Shown here: piece by piece, positions 37,083-45,839 of the stretch
Position numbering within the stretch: position 1 is the stretch's first letter
Layout of the letters: every line of letters begins with the position of its first letter
Assembly: GCA_002723035.1 (NCBI GenBank)
Contig: PBNH01000024.1
Coordinates: 1 to 53,484, forward strand
Source: Rhodobiaceae bacterium
GTDB taxonomy: Bacteria; Pseudomonadota; Alphaproteobacteria; MED-G09
Length of the DNA: 53,484 bases
Direction of reading: 5' to 3'
Position numbers and translations under genes: made by a program
Notes under the pieces: generated by a model
Seen by the model: the letters and a program-made list of their open reading frames with translations, nothing else
Told to the model about the DNA's origin: nothing
Databases searched by the model: none

Positions 37083-37519
37083 AAAATATTTTTCCAGGAT
37101 TCATTATATTATTTGGATCAATAGAATTACCTTTTTCAGTCTTTAAAAAAAGCCCTGTATCCCTAAAAATAAATTTAAATCTTCTCTGGTTACTCCGGGT
37201 TGAACTTTGCAATCCATATCTTCTAAATTAACTTCTTTGATTTTGTTCATATAAAGAGAGTTAATTATTATGTCTCCTTTTAAGGCGTGAACTTGCCCCT
37301 CTAAAGATGTTTCCCTACCAAAGGGTATTACAGGAAATTTTTCTTTTATTTGCAAAATTCAAAATTAATGATACTTAATATAAGATTTCCAAAAATATTA
37401 CTGCATCTGAAATAGACTTGGGCACATGCCATGATTCATCATGGCATGTGCTGAAGTTTAATAGCTTCGGATGTATATACTCTCTCCCTAAAAATTTTTT
37501 CTAATTTAGAGAGATCCAT
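37081..37519 (-). pseudogene. decayed FAD-linked oxidase (GlcD / D-lactate dehydrogenase family) with about 1 kb internal deletion, frameshifts and stops
   Basis: Three fragments lie in three frames. The N-terminus is MDLSKLEKIFRERVYTSEAIKLQH then stops, with HDESWHVPKSISDAVIF in another frame. The FAD_binding_4 core (track ORF 37143-37355) is KFPVIPFGRETSLEG...CKVQPGVTREDLN. The extreme C-terminus is GNSIDPNNIMNPGKIF*. Confidence 0.7.
37422..37451. repeat. perfect 13-bp inverted repeat with 4-nt spacer
   Basis: GCACATGCCATGA-TTCA-TCATGGCATGTGC, checked base by base. It lies inside the pseudogene N-terminal remnant, exactly where the frame is broken by TGA TGA. Confidence 0.9.
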
Positions 37520-37527
37520 TTTTCAAT

Positions 37528-38730
37528 TTATAAACCAAGTACAAACTTAGCCATTATGTTTCTTTGAACTTCGTCTGATCCACCATAAATAGTTGATGCA
37601 CGATTATTCAAATAAGAGGGAAAAGCTGTAAGAGCATGATCAGGACCAATTTTTTCAACATTTGAGAAGGGCTGTCTAGCTTCATTTTGTAGCGGCATGG
37701 TATAATAACCTACTGCTTCAACTGTAAGCATATCAACCTCTTGTTTTAAGTTAGAACCTCTAGATTTTAATATTGATGAAGCAGGACCTGGGTGACCTCT
37801 CTCAGCTATGTCTGCCATTATTCTGTGCTCAGTCATAAGAAGGGCTTGTGCCTTAATTTCAGTTTCTGTAAGTGTTTTAAGAAAAGCATCATCCTCCAAC
37901 AAACTTTCACCTGTATCTGATCTCTCGACGGATGCAATTTGTTTAATTTTTTCAATATTAGATTGAATTCCGGCAGCATAATTACCACCTCTCTCAAATT
38001 CTAGTAAATACTTAGCTACAGTCCATCCGTCGTTTTCTTTGCCAACAACATTCTCAACAGGAACTTTTACATTATCAAAAAATGTTTGATTTACTTCATG
38101 GTCTCCAGCCATTGTAATTATTGGTTTAATTTCAATTCCTGGAGTATCCATATCTATCAAAATAAAAGTAATACCTTGCTGAGGTTTTCCAGAATTGTCT
38201 GTCCTGACAAGACAAAATATTCTATTCGCATGTTGAGCATGAGTAGTCCAAATTTTTGTGCCATTAATTATGTAATGATCTCCCTCTTTAACAGCCTTAC
38301 ATTGCAAAGATGCTAAGTCTGAACCTGACCCAGGTTCTGAATAACCTTGGCACCAAAAATCCTCACCAGATAAAATTCTAGGTAAATAAAAATCTTTTTG
38401 TTCTTGAGTCCCATATTTCATAAGAACTGGTCCAACCATTGCTAAGCCCATTGCTGTAGGTGATGGTGAACCGGCCTTAGAGCATTCACTTGCAAAAATA
38501 TATCTTTGCATGTCATCCCATCCTGTTCCGCCATACTCTTTAGGCCACTTAGAACCAATCCATCCTTTTTTGTATAATATTTTGTGCCATTTTGATGAGT
38601 ACTCTACCTCACTAAAAACGCTAGCTGTAAGTTTTCCCGCTTCCCTTAATTCAGTTGTTAGTTCTTTATCTAAAAAATCTCTAACCTCTTTTCTGAATTC
38701 TTCATATTCAGGTTTAAAACTTAAATCCAT
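37528..38730 (-). CDS. acyl-CoA dehydrogenase (FadE type, IVD/LCAD-like catalytic Glu position)
   Basis: GYSEPGSGSDLA and GTKIWTTHA motifs. A Glu is present in LEFERGG (helix-G position), while the MCAD-type position reads IYGGSDEV (Gly, not Glu). Confidence 0.9.
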   Translation of the reverse strand: MDLSFKPEYEEFRKEVRDFLDKELTTELREAGKLTASVFSEVEYSSKWHKILYKKGWIGSKWPKEYGGTGWDDMQRYIFASECSKAGSPSPTAMGLAMVGPVLMKYGTQEQKDFYLPRILSGEDFWCQGYSEPGSGSDLASLQCKAVKEGDHYIINGTKIWTTHAQHANRIFCLVRTDNSGKPQQGITFILIDMDTPGIEIKPIITMAGDHEVNQTFFDNVKVPVENVVGKENDGWTVAKYLLEFERGGNYAAGIQSNIEKIKQIASVERSDTGESLLEDDAFLKTLTETEIKAQALLMTEHRIMADIAERGHPGPASSILKSRGSNLKQEVDMLTVEAVGYYTMPLQNEARQPFSNVEKIGPDHALTAFPSYLNNRASTIYGGSDEVQRNIMAKFVLGL

Positions 38731-38865
38731 TTTTTACTCCAATTTATTTTATTGTTGAATTTACTTAATAACTAAAAAATACCATTTAGCATAGTATAAA
38801 CATACTTGATTAGTTTAAAAATAGTAATTAAGAATAAATCTTGTTTTTTTTTGAGGGGGATCATA

Positions 38866-40443
38866 ATGCCTTACTATGAAGACATAGTTCATTTATGCGA
38901 TATTCCAAGATATCACGCTAAACATAATCCAAATGAAATTGCTTTTATTTATGAAGATAAGCAAACGACATATAAAGAATTCGATTTAAAAACCGAAAAA
39001 GTTGCAAATGGTCTTGTAGCTCTTGGCGTTCAAGATCAAGATCGTGTTGCTTTTATGGATAAGAATTCAGACATTTTTTATGAAGTAGTTCTTGGTTGTT
39101 CAAAAGCAAATGCAGTAGTTGTTGGAATCAATTGGCGTTTAGCTCCACCTGAAGTTGCATATATCTTAAATGATAGTGGTGCTAAAGTTTTATTTGTCGG
39201 TGAAGAGTTTTTTGATCTTGCTGAAAAAATTCTTGAATTATCCACAAATATTGAACAAGTAATATGTATTAATGGTTCGCGAGACGGTTGGTTGTCTTTT
39301 GAAGAATGGAAAAACTCTCAATCTAGCGAACAATGTTCAAGGCAATCATCTTTAGAGGATGTTGCTATTCAGATGTATACTTCTGGAACCACGGGTCATC
39401 CAAAAGGTGTACAATTAACACATGGAAACTTTCATTCATCGCGTAATCAAGAACCACAAGAGGGAATGGAATTTGGCGAATGGTCCGAAGATGATGCTAG
39501 TCTAGTTGCTATGCCAAGTTTTCATATTGGGGGTGCAGGTTGGGGTCTTCAAGGTTTGTATGCATGCGCAAAAAATGTAGTTTTAAAGGAGTTTCTTCCA
39601 GAGGATGTTTTAGATGCAATAGGAAGGCATAAAATTTCAAAAATTTTTATGGTTCCCGCAGCAATGAAGATGGTTTTAGACCATCCAAAATCAAGAGAAA
39701 CTGATTATTCAAATATTAAATATATACTATATGGCGCCTCCCCTATTCCTCTAGAACTTTTGAAAGAAGCTATTGAAGTTTTCGAGTGTGGATTTGTTCA
39801 ATTATATGGCATGACAGAAACATGTGGATCAGTGACTTATCTTCCTCCTGAAGATCATTCAATTGAGGGAAATGAAAGAATGAAATCGGCCGGAAAAGCT
39901 TATCCTCATTGTGAGATTGCGATTTTAGATGAAAACAGTAATGAAATGCCGACAGGAGGTGTTGGTGAAATTGCTGTAAAGTCGACATCAAATATGCTTG
40001 GATATTGGAATCTTCCTGATGAAACTGAAAAGACATTAAAAGATGGATGGTTGAGGACAGGTGATGCAGGTTATATGGATGCTGATGGATATGTATATGT
40101 TCATGATAGAGTAAAGGATATGATAGTATCTGGTGGAGAAAATATTTATCCTGCTGAAGTTGAAAGTGCTATTTTTGGTCATGAAAGCATAAGCGATGTT
40201 GCTGTGATAGGAATTCCTGATGAAAAATGGGGAGAGGCCGTTAAAGCTATTGTTGTTCTTAAAGAAGGAAAAACAGCTAGCGAAAAAGAAATAATGGATT
40301 TTACGAGAGAAAGAATAGCTGGTTTTAAATCGCCAAAATCAGTCGATTTTATTTCTGAATTACCTAGAAATCCTTCTGGAAAAATATTAAAAAAAGAACT
40401 AAGAGCACCTTATTGGGAAGGAAAAGAAAGACAAATTAACTAA
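38866..40443 (+). CDS. AMP-forming acyl-CoA synthetase (long/medium-chain fatty-acid-CoA ligase family)
   Basis: YTSGTTGHPKGV, GYMDADGYVYVHDRVKDMI and LPRNPSGKILKKEL motifs. The ATG at 38866 with a GAGGGGG RBS is preferred over the track's TTG at 38806. Confidence 0.9.
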   Translation: MPYYEDIVHLCDIPRYHAKHNPNEIAFIYEDKQTTYKEFDLKTEKVANGLVALGVQDQDRVAFMDKNSDIFYEVVLGCSKANAVVVGINWRLAPPEVAYILNDSGAKVLFVGEEFFDLAEKILELSTNIEQVICINGSRDGWLSFEEWKNSQSSEQCSRQSSLEDVAIQMYTSGTTGHPKGVQLTHGNFHSSRNQEPQEGMEFGEWSEDDASLVAMPSFHIGGAGWGLQGLYACAKNVVLKEFLPEDVLDAIGRHKISKIFMVPAAMKMVLDHPKSRETDYSNIKYILYGASPIPLELLKEAIEVFECGFVQLYGMTETCGSVTYLPPEDHSIEGNERMKSAGKAYPHCEIAILDENSNEMPTGGVGEIAVKSTSNMLGYWNLPDETEKTLKDGWLRTGDAGYMDADGYVYVHDRVKDMIVSGGENIYPAEVESAIFGHESISDVAVIGIPDEKWGEAVKAIVVLKEGKTASEKEIMDFTRERIAGFKSPKSVDFISELPRNPSGKILKKELRAPYWEGKERQIN

Positions 40444-40458
40444 GTTTGGAGTTTATTT

Positions 40459-40869
40459 ATGAGTAATCAAAAACCGATAGCAGAAAATTTATTCACCTGG
40501 CCTTCAGACCAGCCAAAATTATTGGGAAGTAGAGATACTGAAACTGGGAGGTATTTTTTTCCAGCAAAAAAATCAAATACACACGAGCAAGTAGAGCTTT
40601 CAAGAAAAGGAAAGTTGTGGACATGGACTGTTCAGCGATTTATGCCGAAAACACCTTATATTGGAGCTGAAAATCCTGAAGATTTTAAACCATATGCAGT
40701 AGGTTATATTGAATTACCTGGAGAAATTATGGTAGAATCTAGACTTGAAGGAGTCGATCCAGAAGATTTAAAAATTGGTATGGAAATGGAATTATCTATT
40801 GACCCATTTGTAAAAAACGAAGATGGTGAAGAGTTAATGATGTTTTCTTTTAGACCATGTAAAAATTAA
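40459..40869 (+). CDS. DUF35-type OB-fold protein (acyl-CoA-associated), lacking the usual zinc-ribbon cysteines
   Basis: The 136-aa size, position directly upstream of a thiolase-like gene, and OB-fold core (GKLWTWTVQR...AVGYIELPGEIMVESRL) fit DUF35. It has only one Cys (C134) and no CxxC pairs. Confidence 0.7.
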   Translation: MSNQKPIAENLFTWPSDQPKLLGSRDTETGRYFFPAKKSNTHEQVELSRKGKLWTWTVQRFMPKTPYIGAENPEDFKPYAVGYIELPGEIMVESRLEGVDPEDLKIGMEMELSIDPFVKNEDGEELMMFSFRPCKN

Positions 40870-40884
40870 TTAGGAGAATTATTT

Positions 40885-42030
40885 ATGTCAGATGTAGCTA
40901 TAATAGGTATTGGAATTCATCCCTTTGGAAGAACTGAGGGTATGACTGGTTTGCAACAAGGTGTTCATGCGGCCCGTGAAGCTTTATCAGATGCAGAGAT
41001 GGAATGGAGTGATATCCAGTTTGCATTTGGAGGATCTGCTGCTGCTGGAAGTGCTGATGCAATGGTTAATGATTTAGGCCTAACAGGCATTCCGTTTATG
41101 AATGTATCTAATGGTTGTGCCACAGGTGGATCTTCACTTCTATCTGCTTATACAACTATTAAGTCTGGTCAATTTGATATTGGTATGGCGGTTGGTTTTG
41201 ATAAACATCCTAGAGGAGCATTTAATGCTGACCCTGAAGCATCAGGTTTACCAAGGTGGTACGGCGAAACTGGTCTAATGTTAACAACACAGTTTTTTGG
41301 AATGAAAATTCAACGTTATATGAATGATTATGGTATTACATCAGATTCACTTGCTTTGGTTGCTGAAAAAGCATTTAATAATGCCTCCTTAAACCCGAAT
41401 GCATGGAGAAGAGAACCAGTATCAAAAGATACAATTTTAAATTCTATGATGGTTTCTGATCCTCTTACAAAATATATGTTTTGCTCACCTGCTGAAGGGG
41501 CGGTGGCTTTAATTCTATGTAAAGCTGAATTAGCACACAAATATACAAGTAAGCCATTATTTTTAAAAGGTGCTGCTTTTAGGTCTCGTCCATTAGGTTC
41601 TTTTGAGGTTTTTAGTCCATCCCTTGAAGTTGAGAGAGGTCCTAGTCCAACAGTTGGTGCATCTGATGCAACTTTTGAAATGGCTAGTATGACAAGAGAG
41701 GATATTGACCTAGCTCAATTGCAGGATACAGAGTCTGGTGCTGAGATTATGCATATGTCTGAAAATGGCTTTTGCAAGGATGGAGAACAAGAGAAATTAC
41801 TTCAAGATGGTGATACGAAATTGGATGGGAAGTTTCCTGTTAATACAGATGGTGGTTGTATTGCTAATGGTGAGCCAGTAGGAGCTTCAGGTTTGAGACA
41901 AGTTTATGAAAACTGTGTTCAATTAAGAGGTGCGGCAGGTAAAAGACAAGTCCAAGGTAATCCAAAAACAGCTTATACTCATGTATATGGTGCTCCAGGT
42001 ATATCTGCTTGTACTATTATAACAACCTAA
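40885..42030 (+). CDS. thiolase-like protein (SCP-x / lipid-transfer-protein Ltp type) with non-canonical active-site motif
   Basis: The nucleophile region NVSNGCATGGSSL is present. Thiolase signature 2 reads NTDGGCIANGEPVGASG, i.e. G-E-P where thiolases have G-H-P. Confidence 0.85.
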   Translation: MSDVAIIGIGIHPFGRTEGMTGLQQGVHAAREALSDAEMEWSDIQFAFGGSAAAGSADAMVNDLGLTGIPFMNVSNGCATGGSSLLSAYTTIKSGQFDIGMAVGFDKHPRGAFNADPEASGLPRWYGETGLMLTTQFFGMKIQRYMNDYGITSDSLALVAEKAFNNASLNPNAWRREPVSKDTILNSMMVSDPLTKYMFCSPAEGAVALILCKAELAHKYTSKPLFLKGAAFRSRPLGSFEVFSPSLEVERGPSPTVGASDATFEMASMTREDIDLAQLQDTESGAEIMHMSENGFCKDGEQEKLLQDGDTKLDGKFPVNTDGGCIANGEPVGASGLRQVYENCVQLRGAAGKRQVQGNPKTAYTHVYGAPGISACTIITT

Positions 42031-42040
42031 GAGAATTAAA

Positions 42041-43042
42041 ATGCTAAATAAAAAATACACTCTCGCAGGGAGACCAATTGGTCGTCCAATTGCTGACGAG
42101 GATTTTGACTACAAAGAAGAAGAATTGAGAGATCTTGATGACGGTGAATTACTATTAGAAAATATGGTTATTGAATTTCAACCTGCTCAAAAAGGTTGGA
42201 TGGAAAATATATCCAATTATGTAGCGCCTCTTAAAATAGGCGATGTGATGAGATGTAGTGGAATTGCTAGAGTAATAGAGAGTAAGTCCGAAAAGTTTAA
42301 AAAAGGTGATATTGTTTCTGGTCAAACATGTTGGCAAACTCATCCCATATTGAATGAAAATGATTTAGAGATCATTAAAGATGCAGACATGGCAACAGCA
42401 TATTTAGGTGCCCTTGGCGGTACAGGGTTAACTGCATATTTTGGAGTTACTAAAATAAGTAAACCAAATCCCGGCGATACTGTAATTGTGACTGGTGCTG
42501 CGGGGGGAGTCGGTTCATTAGCTGGTCAAATTTTTAAGATTGCTGGATGTAAAGTTTTTGGTATTGCAGGTGGAAAAGAAAAGTGCAAAATGCTTATCAA
42601 TGATTTTGGCTTTGATGGAGCAGTAGATTATAAATCTGAGGACCTTAATAAAAGTTTAAGTAAGTTATGTCCGAATGGAGCTGATATTGTATATGATAAT
42701 GTTGGTGGAAGAATTTTAAATGATTGTCTTTTACATTTAGCATTAAATGCTAGAATTGCCATCTGTGGAATAATCTCTAGACATAAAACTGATAATATGA
42801 ATTTTGGACCCGAAAATTATTCAAACTTAATCTTTAAGAGAGCAACCATGCAGGGTTTTTTAATGCTTGATTATGTATCAGAGACAGCTATTGCTAGAAG
42901 TAAAATGAAAAAATGGATTAAAGACGGTAAATTAATTTGTAAGGAAGATCTTCGAGAGGGCTTTGAAAATGCTCCTGATACTCTTAAAGGTCTTTTTGAT
43001 GGTAAAAATAAAGGAAAACAGCTATTAAAAATTGCTGATTAA
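42041..43042 (+). CDS. NADP-dependent alkenal/enone oxidoreductase (MDR, PTGR1/YncB type), paralogue of 9859-10893
   Basis: GAAGGVGSLAGQIFKIAG motif and C-terminal FDGKNKGKQLLKIAD. It is colinear with the first copy. Confidence 0.85.
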   Translation: MLNKKYTLAGRPIGRPIADEDFDYKEEELRDLDDGELLLENMVIEFQPAQKGWMENISNYVAPLKIGDVMRCSGIARVIESKSEKFKKGDIVSGQTCWQTHPILNENDLEIIKDADMATAYLGALGGTGLTAYFGVTKISKPNPGDTVIVTGAAGGVGSLAGQIFKIAGCKVFGIAGGKEKCKMLINDFGFDGAVDYKSEDLNKSLSKLCPNGADIVYDNVGGRILNDCLLHLALNARIAICGIISRHKTDNMNFGPENYSNLIFKRATMQGFLMLDYVSETAIARSKMKKWIKDGKLICKEDLREGFENAPDTLKGLFDGKNKGKQLLKIAD

Positions 43043-43145
43043 ACTATATAAATTTGGTCATTATTTTGTCGCATAGTAAGAATTAAATATATAGTTTAGT
43101 TTATTGAATATTTTTTATTCAAAATGATTAAACCTGGAGACTAAA

Positions 43146-44291
43146 ATGAATACACCATTTAATTTTCGTTTAACTAAATTTCCTAATGAAGCGGAAATTT
43201 TAAGACATGAAGTCAGAGAATTTCTATCTAATGCATTAAAGGATGTCCCCAAAGAAACTCGTGCTGAAACCTGGTATGGAGCTGATGAGAATTTTAGTAA
43301 GAAAGTTGGTCAAAAGGGTTGGATTGGATTGAATTGGCCAAAAGAGCATGGTGGCGCTGGAAGATCTTCTATGGAACGTTATGTAATTTTAGAAGAAATG
43401 CTTACTGCTGGAGCACCTGTAGGGGCTCATTGGATTTCAGATAGGCAATCTGGGCCTCTCATCATAAGGTACGGGACTGAAAAACACCAAAAAGAGCTAC
43501 TTCCCGGTATATTAAAAGGAGAGTCTTATTTTTGCATTGGAATGTCAGAGCCTGACTCAGGTTCTGACCTTGCAGCTTTGAGAACAAAGGCTGAAAAGAA
43601 GGGTAATATTTATCTTGTCAATGGAACTAAATTATGGACATCTGGTGCACATAGATGTCAGTATATGATTGCTCTTTTTAAGACATCGCAAGAGGAAGAT
43701 AGACATGGTGGATTTAGCCAATTTATAGTAGATCTATCTTTGCCAGGGGTTACAATTAGACCAATTATTGATTTAGCTGGAAGACATCATTTTAATGAAG
43801 TTATTTTTGAGGATGTAGAGGTTCCTGAAGATATGCTTATTGGTAAGGAGGGAAATGGTTGGAATCAAGTAACCGCTGAGCTAGCGCTTGAGAGGTCTGG
43901 TCCAGAGAGATATTTATCCAGCTATATATTACTTCAAGAGCTTGTAAGTGAATTTTCAAATAAGAATGATGATGAAGGCGTTACAGAAATAGGTAGACAG
44001 ATGTCACATCTTACAACACTAAGACAGATGTCTGTATCTGTTGCTAGCATGTTAGATCAAGGAGAAAATCCTGCCTTGGAGGCCTCAGTTGTCAAAGACT
44101 TAGGTGCAGTTTTTGAACAAGAACTTCCTAATATTGCGCACAGATTAATGGGGCTTGAGCCTGACTCAAATGGTACAGATTTCCAGAGATATTTAGCAAT
44201 TTTAACACAAATATCCCCTTCATTTTCTCTCAGAGGTGGAACAAGAGAGATATTGAGAGGAATAATTGCAAGAGGTTTAGGACTAAGGTAA
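43146..44291 (+). CDS. acyl-CoA dehydrogenase, alpha-like (FAD-binding) subunit of a probable heteromeric ACAD
   Basis: GMSEPDSGSDLA and GTKLWTSGA motifs. A helix-G Glu is present (LALERSG), and the MCAD-type position reads LRGGTREI (no Glu). Confidence 0.85.
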   Translation: MNTPFNFRLTKFPNEAEILRHEVREFLSNALKDVPKETRAETWYGADENFSKKVGQKGWIGLNWPKEHGGAGRSSMERYVILEEMLTAGAPVGAHWISDRQSGPLIIRYGTEKHQKELLPGILKGESYFCIGMSEPDSGSDLAALRTKAEKKGNIYLVNGTKLWTSGAHRCQYMIALFKTSQEEDRHGGFSQFIVDLSLPGVTIRPIIDLAGRHHFNEVIFEDVEVPEDMLIGKEGNGWNQVTAELALERSGPERYLSSYILLQELVSEFSNKNDDEGVTEIGRQMSHLTTLRQMSVSVASMLDQGENPALEASVVKDLGAVFEQELPNIAHRLMGLEPDSNGTDFQRYLAILTQISPSFSLRGGTREILRGIIARGLGLR

Positions 44292-45331
44292 TGATTAGTG
44301 AAACTTCACAATTGTTATCTGATAGTGTTGAAAAAATTTTTTCAGACCATGTAACAAAAGAATGTATTATTTCTGCTGAAAAAGGGGAATGGCCAGAAAG
44401 TTTATGGAGTGAAGTTGTAGACAACGGTCTTAATCTTGTTCTTGTCCCTGAAAATCTTGGAGGTGTTGGAGCTTCCTGGTTTGATGCAGGTATTTTGTTT
44501 AAGGCTATAGGAAGATATCAGGCTCCAATACCTCTCGCTGAGAATATAGTTGCTGGTTATCTTTTAGGTTTAGGAGGTATTCCCTGTCCAGAAAGTTCCA
44601 TAATTACTATTCTGGAGGGTGAATTAGATTTAAATGATAATAAACTTTCAGGTGTTTCAAATAGAACACCATTTGGAAACCACTCTTCACATGGTGTAGC
44701 AATAATAAATAATAACAATAAATCAAAATTAGTTTTAGTACCTATTGAAGATTGCTCCATTAGTGTTGATAAAAATATTGCATTAGAAAGCAGAAATAAT
44801 ATTGAATTTAAAGATGTCGAGGCCCTTAATATTGCAGATGTAGATTTTAATTCAGATCTTATTTTAAAAATTGGGGCTTTGATGCGTTCATGTCAAATTG
44901 CTGGTGGGCTAGAATCTTTGTTAGATCAATCTGTTAGATATGCAAATGAGAGAATTCAATTTGGAAGACCTATAGCGAAATTTCAAGCAATTCAGCAGGA
45001 ACTTGCAGTGCTAGCTACACATGTTGCTGCTTCAGGAGTTGCAGCTGATTATGCAAGTTCATCAATGGATAATGGTGGTGATGAATTAGCAATTGCATCA
45101 GCCAAAAGTAGAGTTGATGATGCCATTTCTGTATGTGCAAGCATCGCTCACCAAGTTCATGGTGCTATAGGCTTTACCTATGAACATGGATTACATTTTT
45201 CAACAAGAAGATTATGGTCTTGGAGGGCCGAGTTTGGGTCTGGAAGTTATTGGGCCAAAATCCTTGGGGAAAAGGCTGTTTCAAATGGCGCTAAGAATTT
45301 TTGGCCATCAATAACATCCGGAAAAATATAA
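44291..45331 (+). CDS. acyl-CoA dehydrogenase-like protein, beta-like subunit (no recognisable SEPxxGSD motif)
   Basis: The C-terminal ACAD helical domain is present (ERIQFGRPIAKFQAIQQELA, HGAIGFTYEHGLHFSTRR). It is 346 aa and lacks the middle-domain FAD-contact motif. The ATG overlaps the upstream stop (TAATG). Confidence 0.8.
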   Translation: MISETSQLLSDSVEKIFSDHVTKECIISAEKGEWPESLWSEVVDNGLNLVLVPENLGGVGASWFDAGILFKAIGRYQAPIPLAENIVAGYLLGLGGIPCPESSIITILEGELDLNDNKLSGVSNRTPFGNHSSHGVAIINNNNKSKLVLVPIEDCSISVDKNIALESRNNIEFKDVEALNIADVDFNSDLILKIGALMRSCQIAGGLESLLDQSVRYANERIQFGRPIAKFQAIQQELAVLATHVAASGVAADYASSSMDNGGDELAIASAKSRVDDAISVCASIAHQVHGAIGFTYEHGLHFSTRRLWSWRAEFGSGSYWAKILGEKAVSNGAKNFWPSITSGKI

Positions 45332-45789
45332 AATTGCAAAATTTAGAAAAAGAATGGAGATATTATGAAGATGTCATTGTTGGTGAAAAGAAAAAATCTG
45401 AAAATTATTTAGTTACCGAAAAAGAAATTATAGATTTTGCTTTAAATTATGATCCGCAATGGTTTCATACAGATATAAAAGAAGCAAAAAAGTCAAAATT
45501 TAAAAGTATAATTGCAAGTGGCATTCATGTTGCTGCATTATGGCGTCAGCTTGATCATAAAATAAATGGTGATATTAATTTTGTTTGTGGAATTGGTTGG
45601 GATAAAGTTAGATGGAAAAATCCATTATACCCAAACAATGAAATTTACGTAACTTCAGAATGTATCTCAAAACATGATACAACATCTAATGAAAGAGGGG
45701 TCGCAATATTTGATCATGCTGTAAAGTTTGCTGATAAAAAAGATATTTTGATTTTTACTGGTACTTGCTTAATTTACAAAAGAAATTAA
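45301..45789 (+). CDS. MaoC-like (hot-dog fold) enoyl-CoA hydratase/dehydratase
   Basis: YEDVIVGEKK...VTEKEIIDFALNYDPQWFHTD follows the MaoC pattern. There is no ATG start. Candidates are TTG at 45301 (31-nt overlap with the ACAD gene) or TTG at 45334 (just after the ACAD stop), so the start is uncertain. Confidence 0.75.
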   Translation: MAINNIRKNIKLQNLEKEWRYYEDVIVGEKKKSENYLVTEKEIIDFALNYDPQWFHTDIKEAKKSKFKSIIASGIHVAALWRQLDHKINGDINFVCGIGWDKVRWKNPLYPNNEIYVTSECISKHDTTSNERGVAIFDHAVKFADKKDILIFTGTCLIYKRN

Positions 45790-45839
45790 AAATTGTAATA
45801 ATGTAAAAAATAAATTAGTGTGACTTATTAATTTGAAAG

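Noticed and set aside
2317-38865. N-terminal extensions in the ORF track starting at TTG codons (2317, 4825, 25800, 38806).
   Set aside because: In each case an in-frame ATG with a better-placed Shine-Dalgarno lies a few to 20 codons downstream. The extension also adds residues atypical of the family N-terminus, so I used the downstream starts.
43054-43075. Second sigma-54-like element TGGTCATTATTTTGTC upstream of the ACAD pair.
   Set aside because: The -12 position reads GT instead of the essentially invariant GC, so I do not consider it a credible RpoN promoter.
43043-43122. Inverted repeats in the promoter region of the ACAD pair: ACTATATA (43043-43050) / TATATAGT (43088-43095), and TTGAATA-ttttt-TATTCAA (43104-43122).
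   Set aside because: These are short, A/T-only repeats of a kind expected frequently by chance in this composition. No regulator gene is adjacent, so I kept this only as a note.
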